NCBI GenBank assembly: GCA_050084515.1 | Contig: CM114271.1 | Span: forward strand, 33,418,001 to 33,482,000 | DNA length: 64,000 nucleotides | Reading direction: 5' to 3' | From: Blasia pusilla | Lineage: Eukaryota | Shown here: positions 37,801 through 50,800 of the stretch, in pieces | Numbering within the stretch: the stretch's first letter is position 1 | Layout: the number at the start of each line of letters is the position of its first letter | The notes under the pieces: model-generated | What the model was told of the DNA's origin: nothing | The model's database searches: none | The model's input: the letters and a program-made list of their open reading frames with translations, nothing else | Position numbers and translations under genes: made by a program

Positions 37801-38479
37801 GGTTTTTTTCACTTGTGAAGAAGTGGTTTTGAACTCATAAAGGTTCAAAACCACCTTTTTCCTCCTTTTTCACTCAAATTCGAATCATACTTTGCTCAAT
37901 TTGGAATCATTTTCCACTTGGTTTGGGAAAAAAAATCTCCCTCATTTCTTATTCTTCATAATCAAGAACTTTGGGAAAAATATGTAATACTATAAACTTC
38001 ATTCATCTACATGTCCTTCAACATCAAAAAAATTTCTACCCAAAAAGATCTCAAGACTTAGCTCCACTATAGAAAGAAACTAGTTGCAAAGTGGGGAAAT
38101 GAGTCTTGAAAAGTTATGAGGAAAGAAAAAATAGAGCGGTTTGGAGATGAAAGGGAAATTTATGGCCAAGATTTCAATTATGGATTTTGCAAACAACTCA
38201 CAAGTTAAGAGTCTTTTTCAAATCCAATGTGAGCCCCCATAATTGCATTTTGCGAGTCCTAGAAGCTTAAATGTGCAAGTCATTTACGAGCTCATCCAAG
38301 TCATTTCAGTTGCAATGGCAGAACAATTCATGAGACTTGGGAAAAATGGACTTGGACTGTAATTGTGTCGACATCTCAATCCCTAGTAATATTGGAATAA
38401 TCCCAATGGTTCTATAAGAAGATATGAACAAATTACTCTATGTACAACAAATCTTGAAGATACATAATGGCCTAGTATG

Positions 38480-38778
38480 TCGATGCATTCTCAACAAGGC
38501 TTTGACGAAGCAAACATGACGAGACTCTATGTATGAGAATATGCTATCATCAAAGTTCCTCAACTTTCTGAATATTTTTTAAATTTGTGCATTGGACCTA
38601 TTTTCTTTCATTCTATTAATAGAAAAATTTGTTCAATTATCCTAACAACATACCTACCTCATATAACTATGACTTCTCGAGCATCTAAGTCAAGACCACA
38701 AATCTAGGCTTCTCCTTATATAAGGGGAATCTTCATATTAAGGGAGCAAATCATGAGGTGGTTGTTGAATATCCAAAA
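38480..38778 (-). repeat. Diverged copy of the 18216/18738 solo-LTR family
   Basis: TTCTATTAATAGAAAAA, CTATGACT...CTAAGTC and TCTAGGCTTCTCCTTATA are shared with 18940-19080. Confidence 0.6.
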
Positions 38779-39619
38779 TCTACCAAGTAGATATCTCCTT
38801 TCCTTTAATATGAGCATTTTTTTACGTAAATAAAATTTTTGGATGGACACCCTATTAGAGACTAATATGAGAACCTTATGCTTTTGCATGATTATTTTTT
38901 CCTTTGAGCAATGAGTTATGTTTCGGAGAGCAGATTTTAGACATAAAGTTAGTATTCAATGTTTTTTTAACATGTTGAAGCTTGAGTACAAGTAGAGTGT
39001 GTGATCTCCTTCAATCATGCACATTCACATCCCTATCATGCTAGGCTTTCAATTCATGTAGCCATAATCCATATAACATGTGATTTAGTTTAAGATGCAT
39101 ATACGAGATTGAGCATCATCTCCCGTATTGTTCAACTATTCACCATCCCTAATACCCTATGAATATGCCAATGAGCTATTTTATTTACTCTTATATGTTA
39201 TTAGCAATTATGTTATTATAAAATAGGATTTGGATTTGTACCTCTTCCCGAAATTTGGATCCATAATTGCCATCTCTGCCTTAACCAATGATATATATGC
39301 CTTATTGATAGTTCTCTATATTTCATATTAGACAGTTATATGGTTAACCCCAAATAAAATTCAACACATGAAATTTTTCTCATAGTATGAAACTAAAAAT
39401 CAAGGTGATATATGATTATATTATGAAAAAAAATCGAGAGAAAATATTTGATCTATACTTACCGGTGAGCATAGAGTAGCCGCACATGCAAAAGAACTGC
39501 ACAATCTCATGGAGTATCTTTGACTCTTTCCTACAAAGAATGAAATAATAAATTAAAGTGGTGCAAAATAATAATGTGAAAAAATGGTGTCCGATCCTCA
39601 AAACCAAGCACGCACCAAC

Positions 39620-40620
39620 ATGGATCACTACAACTCTAGTTGGCTCACACTAGGATGGAAAAGCATTGATATCTCATAAGCAGGGCATAAGTTGTAGAAG
39701 CCAAATTTGAGCCTTACCATGTGTCTTGAATGATAATGGTTGTGGACTAGAAAAAAGTGAACAAATATAGCGTGGAACTTGGGAATAATTTAAGTCCCAC
39801 AAGAGTTTGACTCAAAGAAGTCTATAATCTCGATTGCAATCTAACTAAGCATTTGGTGGTTTTGCACATTGGAGTTACTAGCGGCTAAACTCAACGTGTA
39901 TTTGTGCCAAATAGGATAGCAATGGAAAGCTTCTAATGAGCCTTTTCTAATGCATCAAAGATCTGGAAAATTTACAATAAAAAAACCCTAAAACTTGCCA
40001 AAAAAATTTCAAAATGAGAGTTTGAATTGAGGGCCAAAATTAGTGGGTCTAGAGGGATACTTTGGAAGAAAAAGGGGCCAAAGATCTCTAGAACTATATA
40101 CAAGTCAAGGGGGAGGGTCTACAAGGGATTTTGGAGCGTGAACCCTACCTAGGGAACTATGGAAGTTAAACCAAGAGCACAGGACGTATCATAAGGTTGG
40201 CATATGGATTTTGATACCAAGAAAACTCCAATTACTCTATTTTGGGATCCTAAACTCGGACCTTGACTCAGGACACATATATGGAGTTCATGTTAGAGAC
40301 TTATTTTAGGTCCATTGGGCACTTGGGATTGTTAAGATCATGATTTTACATTTTAGATGCTCCAACTCTCAAAGAAGTTAGTCCCAAGTTTTGAGTGGCT
40401 TGCGTACTTTGAGGAGTAAGGGCTTAGGTTGATATCTAACCCTATTTAGGAAAATTGAGCTTGAGGCTAGGAATGACCCAAAATTGATACTATGGAGATA
40501 CACGCAAGGCTAATTGACCCAAAACATGGCTCATATAAGTGTGTTTGGATGTAGATAAGTAACGAGAGTGTGATCTAGTAAACTCAATCTTCCATACCAC
40601 ACAAGATTGGCTTTTAGGAC
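39620..40620 (+). repeat. Highly diverged LTR related to 6092-7089
   Basis: Patchy collinear similarity, e.g. ATGGAAAGC...AAAGATCT (~39922-39964 vs ~6428-6459) and GTGTTTGGATGTAGAT (~40540 vs ~6994). Confidence 0.4.
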
Positions 40621-41140
40621 ATTGGGTGCATCATAAATTGAGGCAATATGTACAACTTCCTAAAGTGTTAATTTTATAATTTCCTTGTACATGAATTTTC
40701 ATAGAACGCTATGACCATTTTTAGGCCACTTAATCCATCAAGAATGTAGTCTCGAGGTCATAAGCTACTCCAGCGCGATGTGCAATCCATACGATAAATA
40801 AATGAATCTACGAAGGAAGATGAGCATCCATATTTATGTGTATATATTGCTACACAACATACATCTTTGTCACCATTCATACATTTCTTAATACCAAAAA
40901 TCATCCTCAATCATGAAGTCCACACACACATACAATCATGCACCGAAAAAATCTCTTATTAAAGAAATATGAAAAATCAACAAGCATATATTCATAAAAA
41001 CGTTCCATAACTCTCTCTAGGCCAAGCCAAACCCATCTTATGGTGAGAGACTTGGATTGCACACACATAAGGCACGGAAAAACATAGTTCTATAGCATCA
41101 TAAAAAGAGTTTCAAGAAAGAGAGAATGATGTTCTAAACA

Positions 41141-41142
<2 letters not shown>

Positions 41143-41234
<92 letters not shown>
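41143..41234. repeat. (CT)46 microsatellite
   Basis: Direct inspection. Confidence 0.97.
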
Positions 41235-41237
<3 letters not shown>

Positions 41238-43998
41238 CACACATCATACCTGCATACAATAGTGGACAAATTATAACTTTCCCTAAATAGAAATGAAACT
41301 CTATAAGAAATAGGGAACTTATCCAAAATGGTAAGTTCCTCAAAGTAGCTCCAAATAAGCCCAAAACCAAACTTATCCTACATATTCAAGTTACACTAAT
41401 CCTCAACAAATCATCTTTGAACTCTTGAGATCAACACCCAACCTCCCCACATATCCCAACACTACAACCTCCCTATTTCACTACAAAAGGACAAGATAGT
41501 TATCGTGCACGTACACATTGCTACACAACATAGAGTCCAAGAGTATGGGAGATTTGTAAATGAGTATTTTAATTGCATGGAAATGTTATGATTTTTGTGA
41601 GAGAAAATGGGAACCAAAGAGTAATCTCACTCAGGTCACAAATTTCTAGATGAATTTAGAAGTAGATAATTGCACGGAAGATAGACGGTGAAATTTGAGT
41701 TTATTACATATCTTGAGAGCAATGTCTGATTTGTAGAATCTCTATTGGCCTAATTTATCTTTTGAGTAATACATTAATGGTGTGAAAACTTGGAAGTTTG
41801 AGGAATTCAAGACAATTAAAAATTATTCCAATTTTTTCCAATGAAGAATAAGTTTTGAATTTTTTCAATGGGATGCATGTTACTTGTGGATATTCATAAC
41901 TTGTATGTTTTGTTGCATTAAGAAGATTAGATGGATAAGATCAACACAATTTGGTACCAAAAATAGGGTCTTTGTTGTATTTACTTACTATAACCCAAAA
42001 TGCCAGTTGAGATTAGGTTGGGTAGGCTTGCTTGAGTGTTAAGGGTTTGGACTAGGCCAAAACCTAAGGCATTGGTGAATTCAACCTAAGGATGATAACT
42101 AGGAGGGGGAGTATGGCAATTACCTAAGTCTATGGTGCTCATACTAGTAGGGACTTGGAAGCGAATCATAATTGGTTCTTTTGTTGGTCGCCCCTTAATT
42201 GGCCAATCTATAATATTATAGGAGGATTACCTCCACCATGGCAATACCTCTTGGTTTGAATGTGGCGTCAAACATGGTTTCCCCTCCCCTCCTCACCCAT
42301 GTCACAATAAATAAGATTCAAAATAAAGGTTGAGTTTTATATCCACCACATACATATCATCTCATAAAATATACCTTAATAGTTTTGACTAGTTCCACGA
42401 CCCTAGTTTTTGCACCAACTCACATTTATCCAACTAGCTCGCAAGCTATGGGTGCTGAAATAAATTTCTTCCAATTTGTAAGAACCTACGAAAATATTCT
42501 TCAAGTGAAAATGCAAGAAATAACTTTTCTCACATGAACTAATCGTAGTATTTTGAAGTAATTTTGAAGAGCTTGCATCTCATATGAAAATTGGAACCCT
42601 TCTATATCTACAAGAAATGGGATGAAGACATCCATCGACAAGCAACTTGTCTAAGACTCTTGGGTTTCAAGTACTACAAGATGCAAAACATCCCGTGCCG
42701 ATATGGATATCCCTCAACCCATGATGCTAGTGCATGAGCACAAGGTTAGTAAACTAAACGTGGCAACCTTCATCTTCTTGTGCCCATTTTCACAAAGGCA
42801 TGAGGACCTCTCCCATCGCATGCCATGCCATAAACTCACAAAAACTTTGCATTCAACCCAGAAAATTGGTTGGATCTTCATCCAACCAATTGGCCATGGT
42901 AGCTATTACGAGAACCGGAAAGTTTGTCCTCTTTATAAGCCCTCCTGGGCTCCTCCACAATGCTAATTCGGCTATGCTTTTTGGCCATATCGGGTTTTCC
43001 TTGAATGTCATCCAGGCCTATGATGACCCACCTTTCCCACTATTAGTCACCGCGTATCATGCGGATAGCCAGCCTAATGGCAGAGTCGCTCTGTCAAAGC
43101 TTCGTAACTGGAAACGTTCACACGAAGATTACGAGAAAGTGGTCCACTTCGTAGCGGAAATAGGACACGGAGAGCTAGCTACGTCGTCGAGTGAACGAAA
43201 ATGCACACGAGTGAGTAGTGACAGAGAACTCAGACAACGGATATCATAAAATTGTTCAAATGCTGAAGTTGAATTACAGACGGCCACGGGCTGGCCGTAT
43301 AGTTGCAAAATGACGCGAAACACTCGAGGGCTGTATGAGAACGTCACACGAATGTCGAATCAATTTCTGCTGTTGTCACTACCGTTTGGTAGAAATCTCG
43401 CCAAGCAAATGGAAGGTTCACTTTCCCGATTGTCGGGGTAGAGACGCGTCAAATTTCCTGTGTACATTTACACTCTACAAAAAAATTTATGACCGTGCTG
43501 TTCGGATGGAAATCTCTGAGTGGGTGTCGATAGTTCTCAGCTCTGATGATCGGACACTCCCGAGTGGGAATTCCACGTCAAACTCGAACAGATTGAAGTC
43601 TGCAGAAGATGTTTTCTTTTTCTTGTCTGGAAGAGTCACAAGTCTGGCAATTGATGTGCGTTCATGGCCAACTGCTCTGGTCTGCTGCTTACCCGGATCC
43701 AGTTCCATAGAATCAATCACCCACGCCAAACAGCTGAAGATCGAGACTCCAGAACTGGAAATCAAATCTACTGTTTGCTAAAAGTACGGAAGCAAATTCC
43801 AATCGTCATCTAGGTGGTCTCATTTGCTCCGAGGAACTTCATACTCCTACGTCCAATATACAAAAAGCCATGCGGAACCGCAACGCATGGACGTCGCAGA
43901 ATTTTCAACCACATGCTTCAGATCTGTTCGTAATTGATCGAGGAACGAAGCTCTGCGCATCTACTCTATACATTGAAACGTTTGAAGAGAATGCCTCA

Positions 43999-45165
43999 TC
44001 AAACCAATGAACTCACTGATCTATGGTATACCAGCATTATATCTCTGCAGAAACCAACCTCCTCCTCAATTTCATCGACATGAATAGGACCAAACTTGCA
44101 TGTCCTCGACATCGCTTTCGCTGATGCCTCTTCTTCCGTACTGTCGATCGCTGCCTCAGCTGCCTTGAGCATGGCCCTCAGGTAGCAGTCTCGTGGGCCT
44201 CTCGTAGCCTTACCCAAACCCAAATGGAACCGAACAACGGAGCGTTCTGTTCTCCACTGCCGAGCCTTTCTCTTGATTTTCGTCGACCTCTGCAATCGCC
44301 TCTGGGGTTGTACAGCAATTCCAGAATCAACGCGTTTGAACGAGCGAGTGGAGTGAATGCGCTTGAAGGAACGTTGCCTGACGATTTCCTCTTTCGCCTT
44401 CTGTGTGTCATGTGGACGATTACCAGGCTGAAACTGTGCCCTGATGAAGATGAGCGAGTCCACGTGCTGAAGCTTCGTGGTCTCCTTCGCGCCGTTGCGT
44501 GATCCTAAGGCGTCTACGCTCCGAACAGGCGTAGTCACACCGATCACCGAATGAAACTTCGTAGGTACAAGCGAGTCGGTGCGTTTGAGCAACCGGTTCG
44601 TCTTGATGTTGATAGTAGGACAACGTTTGAGCACATTACTGTCCTGCACTACAACGCCGCGTCCGAGCCTAAACGAGCCCGAACTGCCGCTGTACTTCGA
44701 CGAACCAGAGCCGCTTTGCGATCGAGTGAAGTCCTTCGAGAGACCGGAGCTGCTTCTCGATCGATTTAATTCCGTGCTTATTTGCTCACTCCGCTTCAAC
44801 ATACGGGAATCGTGGACAATAACATTGCGTCCATGCCTGGAAGAACTGGAGCTTCGCGTGTACCTTGAAGAACCTGAACTACTACTGTACTTGGAGGAAC
44901 CAGAACTGCTACTGTACTTGGACGAACCCGAACTACTTCTCGTGCGAGAGAACTCTTTCGACAAAGAACCCGAACGACTTCTAGACCTAGAGAACTCCTT
45001 GTTAGAACCTGACGTAATTCTCGATGGCGAACTTTCCACCTCAGCCCCAACGACACTTCCCCGCTCCACCTCCTCTAGTCGTCGATAGCTGCTTCGGAAG
45101 AAAGCGTCTCGGACTTTGCCTTTAATGATCGCTTTCAAAATCTTCCTCCTCCTGCCCATCGCCAT
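43999..45165 (-). CDS. Ser/Arg-rich, likely disordered basic protein (~388 aa), function unknown
   Basis: Uninterrupted 1.17-kb ORF from the ATG at 45165, with internal repeats. The C-terminal RDCYLRAM...VDEIEEE resembles a motif pair of small uncharacterised plant proteins (recalled from memory, not verified). Confidence 0.7.
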   Translation of the reverse strand: MAMGRRRKILKAIIKGKVRDAFFRSSYRRLEEVERGSVVGAEVESSPSRITSGSNKEFSRSRSRSGSLSKEFSRTRSSSGSSKYSSSSGSSKYSSSSGSSRYTRSSSSSRHGRNVIVHDSRMLKRSEQISTELNRSRSSSGLSKDFTRSQSGSGSSKYSGSSGSFRLGRGVVVQDSNVLKRCPTINIKTNRLLKRTDSLVPTKFHSVIGVTTPVRSVDALGSRNGAKETTKLQHVDSLIFIRAQFQPGNRPHDTQKAKEEIVRQRSFKRIHSTRSFKRVDSGIAVQPQRRLQRSTKIKRKARQWRTERSVVRFHLGLGKATRGPRDCYLRAMLKAAEAAIDSTEEEASAKAMSRTCKFGPIHVDEIEEEVGFCRDIMLVYHRSVSSLV

Positions 45166-47336
45166 GTCTCTCACCTCGACTTCCTGCCCTTTGTTTCCAC
45201 TGATAAACAATCTCGATTATGTGCCTCTGTCGATCCGAACCTTCCTACCTAAACTGCCAGGCCTCTACCCGGGGGTCTGCACATTCTGAGGACTTTGAGA
45301 TCCGCTCTCCGCAAGGGGCATTGGACTAGTGATGGCGAGTTCACGTTGATGTAGCACCCTTCTCGCTCGAGATCGGGGACCACCAATTTGAGAAGCGCAT
45401 AGCATTCGCTGCCCGGCTGCTGCGATGTTGATAGAATTTATCAGAGCGCCTAGATGCTCGCCGAGATCCGGGGACTCTCGTCGCTCTCAACGCATTCCCA
45501 ATTGGGGCCCCATCTTTGTTGTTCAAGGAGTGAGCAGTGCGTGCACAATCAAGCGACGATCGCGCCACGTACACGAGTAATCTGCTTTAGAAGCCAATGC
45601 CACTACCACTCTCCCGCAACCGCAGCCTATCTGGATCCGAGACAGCAAGCGCAGCCAGCGAATACTGTAGATCCAGCTTTGGAATGGAGAATGTGACTGC
45701 GCGGTAGCTGTAATGAGTTTATTCTATCCGACTCCGAAGCTGCGAGCGAAGCCCACTCTGAACTTCCGAAGATTTCGTCATTTATTCGTACGAGTGGCAC
45801 ATCATCCCACGCCTGCTCCGAGCGAAAACCACTTCAAGACGCGATCTACCTCTTGTGCTTTCGTAGTTTGAAACCATACTCCCAAGATTCCAAATGTACT
45901 TGCACGAACATGAGTAGTTATGCTTTCAATATGTAACCAGTAATTTATATGTACTCGTAGGGTCATCAAATCCCGAACTCGTTCTAGTACTTTTTTTCCG
46001 AGTTGTGCTCTCATTTAACAGTTTTTCGAAGATAAATCACTCAAAATTTTAATGACGAGCTCATCACGACTAAGATTTAAATAATTTTGAAAATGATTAA
46101 AGAATTCCTTAAATTAATTTGGAATGATGTTACTAACAAAAATGTATCTTATTTTGAAAGGTTAAGTGTGAAGAAGAGGAATATTCGAAACAAAGAAGAC
46201 AAAGAAAGAGATTGTTTTCTATTTTTTCTTGTTTCTAATTAGTTTAACTTCTTTAACATTTATTCTCTTTCCTTTTTGAGTCGCACGCCTCCAGGACATG
46301 TCTAGTCATCTTAAGATGTAGTTTTTTTTAGTTGCTTAAGTTTGACACGTGTCATCAGTTTTGAGATTGCTAAAGAAAATGAATTATTAAACCGTGCAGC
46401 GCAAGGTGTCTTACTGCTTAAACTTTCAACTTTGACTCACCCTTTTTAATTTAAAAACTTTGAACTAGTGACCACTAGACTAGTAGTCACTAGTTCTTTC
46501 TTGTTTTAATTTAAATCCGTGAATAATCTTGGCCTTTATATTAAACCAACCTCCTTCAATCCCCGGTTAGAACTAAAGGTAGTCAATGGCGTAGACTTTG
46601 AGAGTTTACGTCTACTTCAATGAAGAGTTCGTCGAATTTAGAAGCTCCGTCCATTTAATTTAAGTCAACTTATGACTCGTATTATAAACCTATACTTTTT
46701 CCGGCCTCATAATTTAAGGTCTGTCCCAAATGTTACTGTAACTCACCTTGTGATGGGGCCTAGTCCATAGCGACAATGAAGCGTCCATGGGCTAAACTTA
46801 GATTAGGGTTGAAGTACTATAATCCATGGTTCTGACGTCTCCTACAATCCATGGGTTATAGTAGATCTGTTTGCGAATGAAACGGTGGCAACACACGACT
46901 CTAGTAAATTTGGTGCGTACAGTCGGTCATGACAAAACCAAGAATTTCGACCAGTCAGATTTGAACTAGATTTGAACCACTAGACTTTTTCCGTCCACTT
47001 CATTGATCTCGGTTCTAAAGCTTACCGGAAGACACCAACCATGTGATGGGCTCAATCTAGAGCGGAAATGAAGTCTCCAGAGCATACCCTTACATTTTGG
47101 GTTAAAGGTGTTGTCGGAGTATGATTTGCTGTACCCAGCTATTTATCGGCATTCCGTTGGGGCCTGACGGCGATCGCCGAAGCCACCCCGGTCCGGCGAC
47201 CCTCGTCGAGTTAACTACTGACTTGGAAATTCCATCCCTTAGGAGTCACCGAGAAGATCGGGAACGAAAAGGTCATCCACGCAGCTGAGACAAAGCGAGA
47301 GAGGGGAAACAGATTTTCCTTAGAAAAGGGCGCGTT

Positions 47337-47422
47337 TCCGACCTGCCGGATTCGAACCAGCGACCTAGAGATTACTGACGGCGCACTACAGTCTCCCGCT
47401 CTACCAACTGAGCTAAGGTCGG
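47337..47422 (-). tRNA. tRNA-Tyr (GTA) with 13-nt intron (47373-47385)
   Basis: CCGACCTTAGCTCAGTTGGTAGAGCGGGAGACTGTAG[tgcgccgtcagta]ATCTCTAGGTCGCTGGTTCGAATCCGGCAGGTCGGA. A and B boxes are intact, with a TTTT terminator ~10 nt downstream. Confidence 0.95.
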
Positions 47423-47859
47423 ATTCATGTTGATGGGTGAACTGAAAAAGCACTTTAATCACAGTTATATTTAAGCTTTAAACGTATCCTCAACTTTCTA
47501 CGGAGCCGATGGTGAATTTGTGTACATTGAAGGCCTGATTCCAAGGAGACACGCACAGATCGCTCGGACCTACCTTTTGCCACCAAGACTATTTTCCAAT
47601 GGACAAAGTTAAGAAGAATCGAACTTTCTTAATTACTTTTGGTCCTAGGCCATTTCTGCGCCAAAAATTTGGCTATCCTCAAGTTTAGGTACGTATGGGG
47701 TTAGCCTCTAAAGTTCTACTAGATTTCGTGTTCATGTACTCCTTGGAGAGGATGCTCTTATTTGGTTCTAGCTAAGTCCCAAAAACACTATTTAGAGCCT
47801 CTACACGCAAACCTCCACACTAAATAAAAGTTATGAATTTTAGTGCGGTTTAGGACTCC

Positions 47860-48965
47860 TCTATAGGTTCCTTTGTTTTTTATCATAGAGTTGGTGACAA
47901 TGGGCGTTACACCAGCGAAAGTGTTCCGGTTGGCCGCCACGTTGTGTGAGCGTGGAGAGATGATTGTCTCTTGTACTCAAGTGGTTATTGTTGAGGAGGT
48001 GGTGGATTTGACCTTGGAGCATGTGCTCAGGACGTTCCCCACTCAATCATGGCATGCTACAGCGGCCAAATTAATAGATATGCCAACTAGGCCACCGATA
48101 GAGCAAGCCATGATCACATCAGGTGTAGTATTGTTAGATAACCGAGCTGGAGTATTTTGCTTGGTTAGTCCCATAGGTATGGTGTACCACTTCCAGTGCA
48201 TCCTACTTGATTTGGGAGCGTAGCCCTTGATGTTGGAAAGGCGGTGTGTTTGACATTGGGTTTACGAAAAGGTGACACTGAGCGTTGTCCCTTTCAGATA
48301 CAGACCTCTATTGGGGGCCTATCACGCACGCAATACATGACTCGACAAGAGTTGGTGGTTAGACTCCAATCAGAGCATGAGTCGAATAGTGCGATGGTGC
48401 ACACTCAGGCGATAACGACACCTGAAGATTCGTATAATGTGTTGAAAGGGAGTAGGGTGTTGTACCCTCTTGGTTTCATCCTAGATTTTTGACAAGAGAG
48501 GATTTCTTATCGGCCAGGGTGGTAATCAAGTAATGGACGGACCAGCCATTTACCGATGGACTTTGCAGGGTGTAGTGGTGGTCGACCAGATGACAATATG
48601 GTGCTCACCTTGGCAGCATTGACAAGTGGTGTTAGCTGACCAGGAGAGTTATAGGAGAGGAGCATCCATACGGAGGACATTCCCGTAGTGGATAGTCCCA
48701 CGGAGAGACATGTCATGGTGGTTGTCTCTTCCGATGGTGCGGAGACTTCTTTATCATTGTTGGGTACTAGCCTTGAGTTGTAGAGGAGTGCAGACGAACT
48801 CGTGACGCATGTATGAATCCGTACCTGTGTCTTGGAACAGACAGAGTCAGGTGACGGTCATGCTTTTGGACCAGAGATATCATATTTTTGGTTATCACTC
48901 ATTTGTGTGGCAGTATTTGGAGCAGTGTATGAGAGTGTTAGATCTCTTCAAAGGGATCAACACGG
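47860..48965 (+). mobile_element. DNMT-Gypsy copy 3 fragment (pre-PR segment, protease, linker, DNMT motif I)
   Basis: TPAKVFRLAATLCER...CILLDLGA*PLML; SYNVLKG...YPLGFILDF; VWQYLEQCMRVLDLFKGIN (motif I at ~48932-48958). Collinear with 2750 down to 1645. Confidence 0.85.
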
Positions 48966-49249
48966 CCGATATATGCAATGTTGCGGGGATGACCGCACCG
49001 ACGGTGCTAGATGTGAATAGAGTAGTAGATCATGTCAGGTAGATATGATGTCTGCTATCTATAGTTAGGGGGGCCCAATTTCCAGCTAGGGGGGCTGGTT
49101 GAAGGGTCTCGACATATATGCGTGAGCCTTTTTGTTTATGAGTGGATCGACCCGTATGTTGGGAAGATCGGTATTTTGTGGTGTGTAGATATGAACAGAC
49201 ATGTGGATTGTGTAGCGATGTGTATGGGTACGACATCCTGCACAATATA

Positions 49250-50800
49250 ACTCCTCAAATATGGCCACCTGAGAAACAAAATTGAATGAATTAGCCACAA
49301 CGACTTGAATTGCTCCCCACATTAGATGAATATCAAGAGTGCAACGTATCCCATTACTTGAGCTGCACATGAAAACTCACTAACTTGCCACAAAAGTAGA
49401 CTTTGTATAAAGCATTGTTGTATTGAAGGCCTCCCATATTTGGCATGTTCAATGATATGAGCCAGTGCTAAGGCCTCTGCTCAAAGTTAATGCTCATTTT
49501 GAAGATTCTCCCAATCCCCAAACACATAGCATTGAATACTTGTGAAGGTTTCAAGATGTCTCGTCGCATCACCCCTTGGACGGAGGACTAAAACCCTTTG
49601 GGGGAAGAGTAATAGGAGATACCAAGCATTGATATATGTGGGATCATGGGCTAAGTTTTCTACTGGGAAAAGTAATGCTTGTTGGATGGTGGGGCAAAGA
49701 TCAATAAGAATGCAAGTGAAGAGCCTAAAATGACGAAGACCAAGATGGAAAGAGCAAAGGACATCAATTTGGCATAATTTGGTTCAAGCAGTTGTTCAAG
49801 CTCAAGGGAGGAAAATAGAAGGTGATATCAGATTAGGGATTGAAGACTTGTACATGGATTGACAATGCCGTTGATATCTTTTGATCACATTATGAGGAAA
49901 ATCCTTACCACAAGGTATGCAATGAACCTTTGGCATAGATCTAGAAGTTGAAAGGTTACAAGGGGTTGAGGTAGGAGGTGGATGAGGTGATGATGGACGA
50001 CAATGAGGGGGTAAAGAGGTTGGGGAAGGAGAAAGAGGGAGAGGAGGGATAAGTGTAAAAAGATGGGAGTTGGAACCAAGGGTACATATGAGATATATGA
50101 GGACGGAAAAATAGTAGGATTAAGTAATAATGGATTGAGATAATGCTCAATAGGAAGAGACAAAAAGGGGAATAGAGAGGGATATGGAAGAAATGAAGAA
50201 AGTGTAATGGATGTATCAATATTTAGAGGAAAATGGTGAGATCTACAATGTGGAGGGGAACTAGGGGGAAAGGTTACAATCGAAGGAGGGCGTGTAAAAC
50301 TAGATAAAAAATTAGATGGATTATCCAACTCCATATCCATAAAACCAAAGGTAGATAAGTCATTCAAGACAAGAGAAAATAGATGAAACTAGTAGGATAA
50401 CGACCATAATAAAAATAGTAGAATCCATCCAAAATATATTAATACAGATAATAAGATTAGACAAAGGAAAATTTAAAATTAAAAATCACCTTAAGAAGTC
50501 TAAGAAGGAATTGAAAAAGAGAAGTGACCTATATGGTATCAAAAGAAGTGGCTCGATAATATGATCTTATAATGCTCTTAGATAGCAAAAGTAGGGAGGG
50601 CCAAAGTAATAAATAAAGTGTTGAAAAACCAAGGCACACTTTTGAGAGAAATTGACCTAAAATAAATCCATAGACAAAAATTGGTGCCTACGTAGAAGGA
50701 AGAAAACTAGAAACCTGCTTGGTATGAAAAGAACAAGCTTGTCAAGACAATCGAAACAAGACCAGACACACCAAAGCCCAATACTCAAATAAACAATAAC
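49250..50800 (-). mobile_element. Possible heavily decayed LINE RT remnant with an AG-rich insertion
   Basis: Scattered motif-like patches in LINE order: YQAGF (~50700-50720), FDTI (~50535), GFP (~49900) and LGIS (~49620). Weak. Confidence 0.3.

Noticed and set aside
41090-41370. ER-repeat ORFs
   Set aside because: Translation of the (CT)46 microsatellite.
44579-45088. Plus-strand ORF with EPELLLYL repeats
   Set aside because: Antisense shadow of the Ser-rich repeats in the longer minus-strand ORF.
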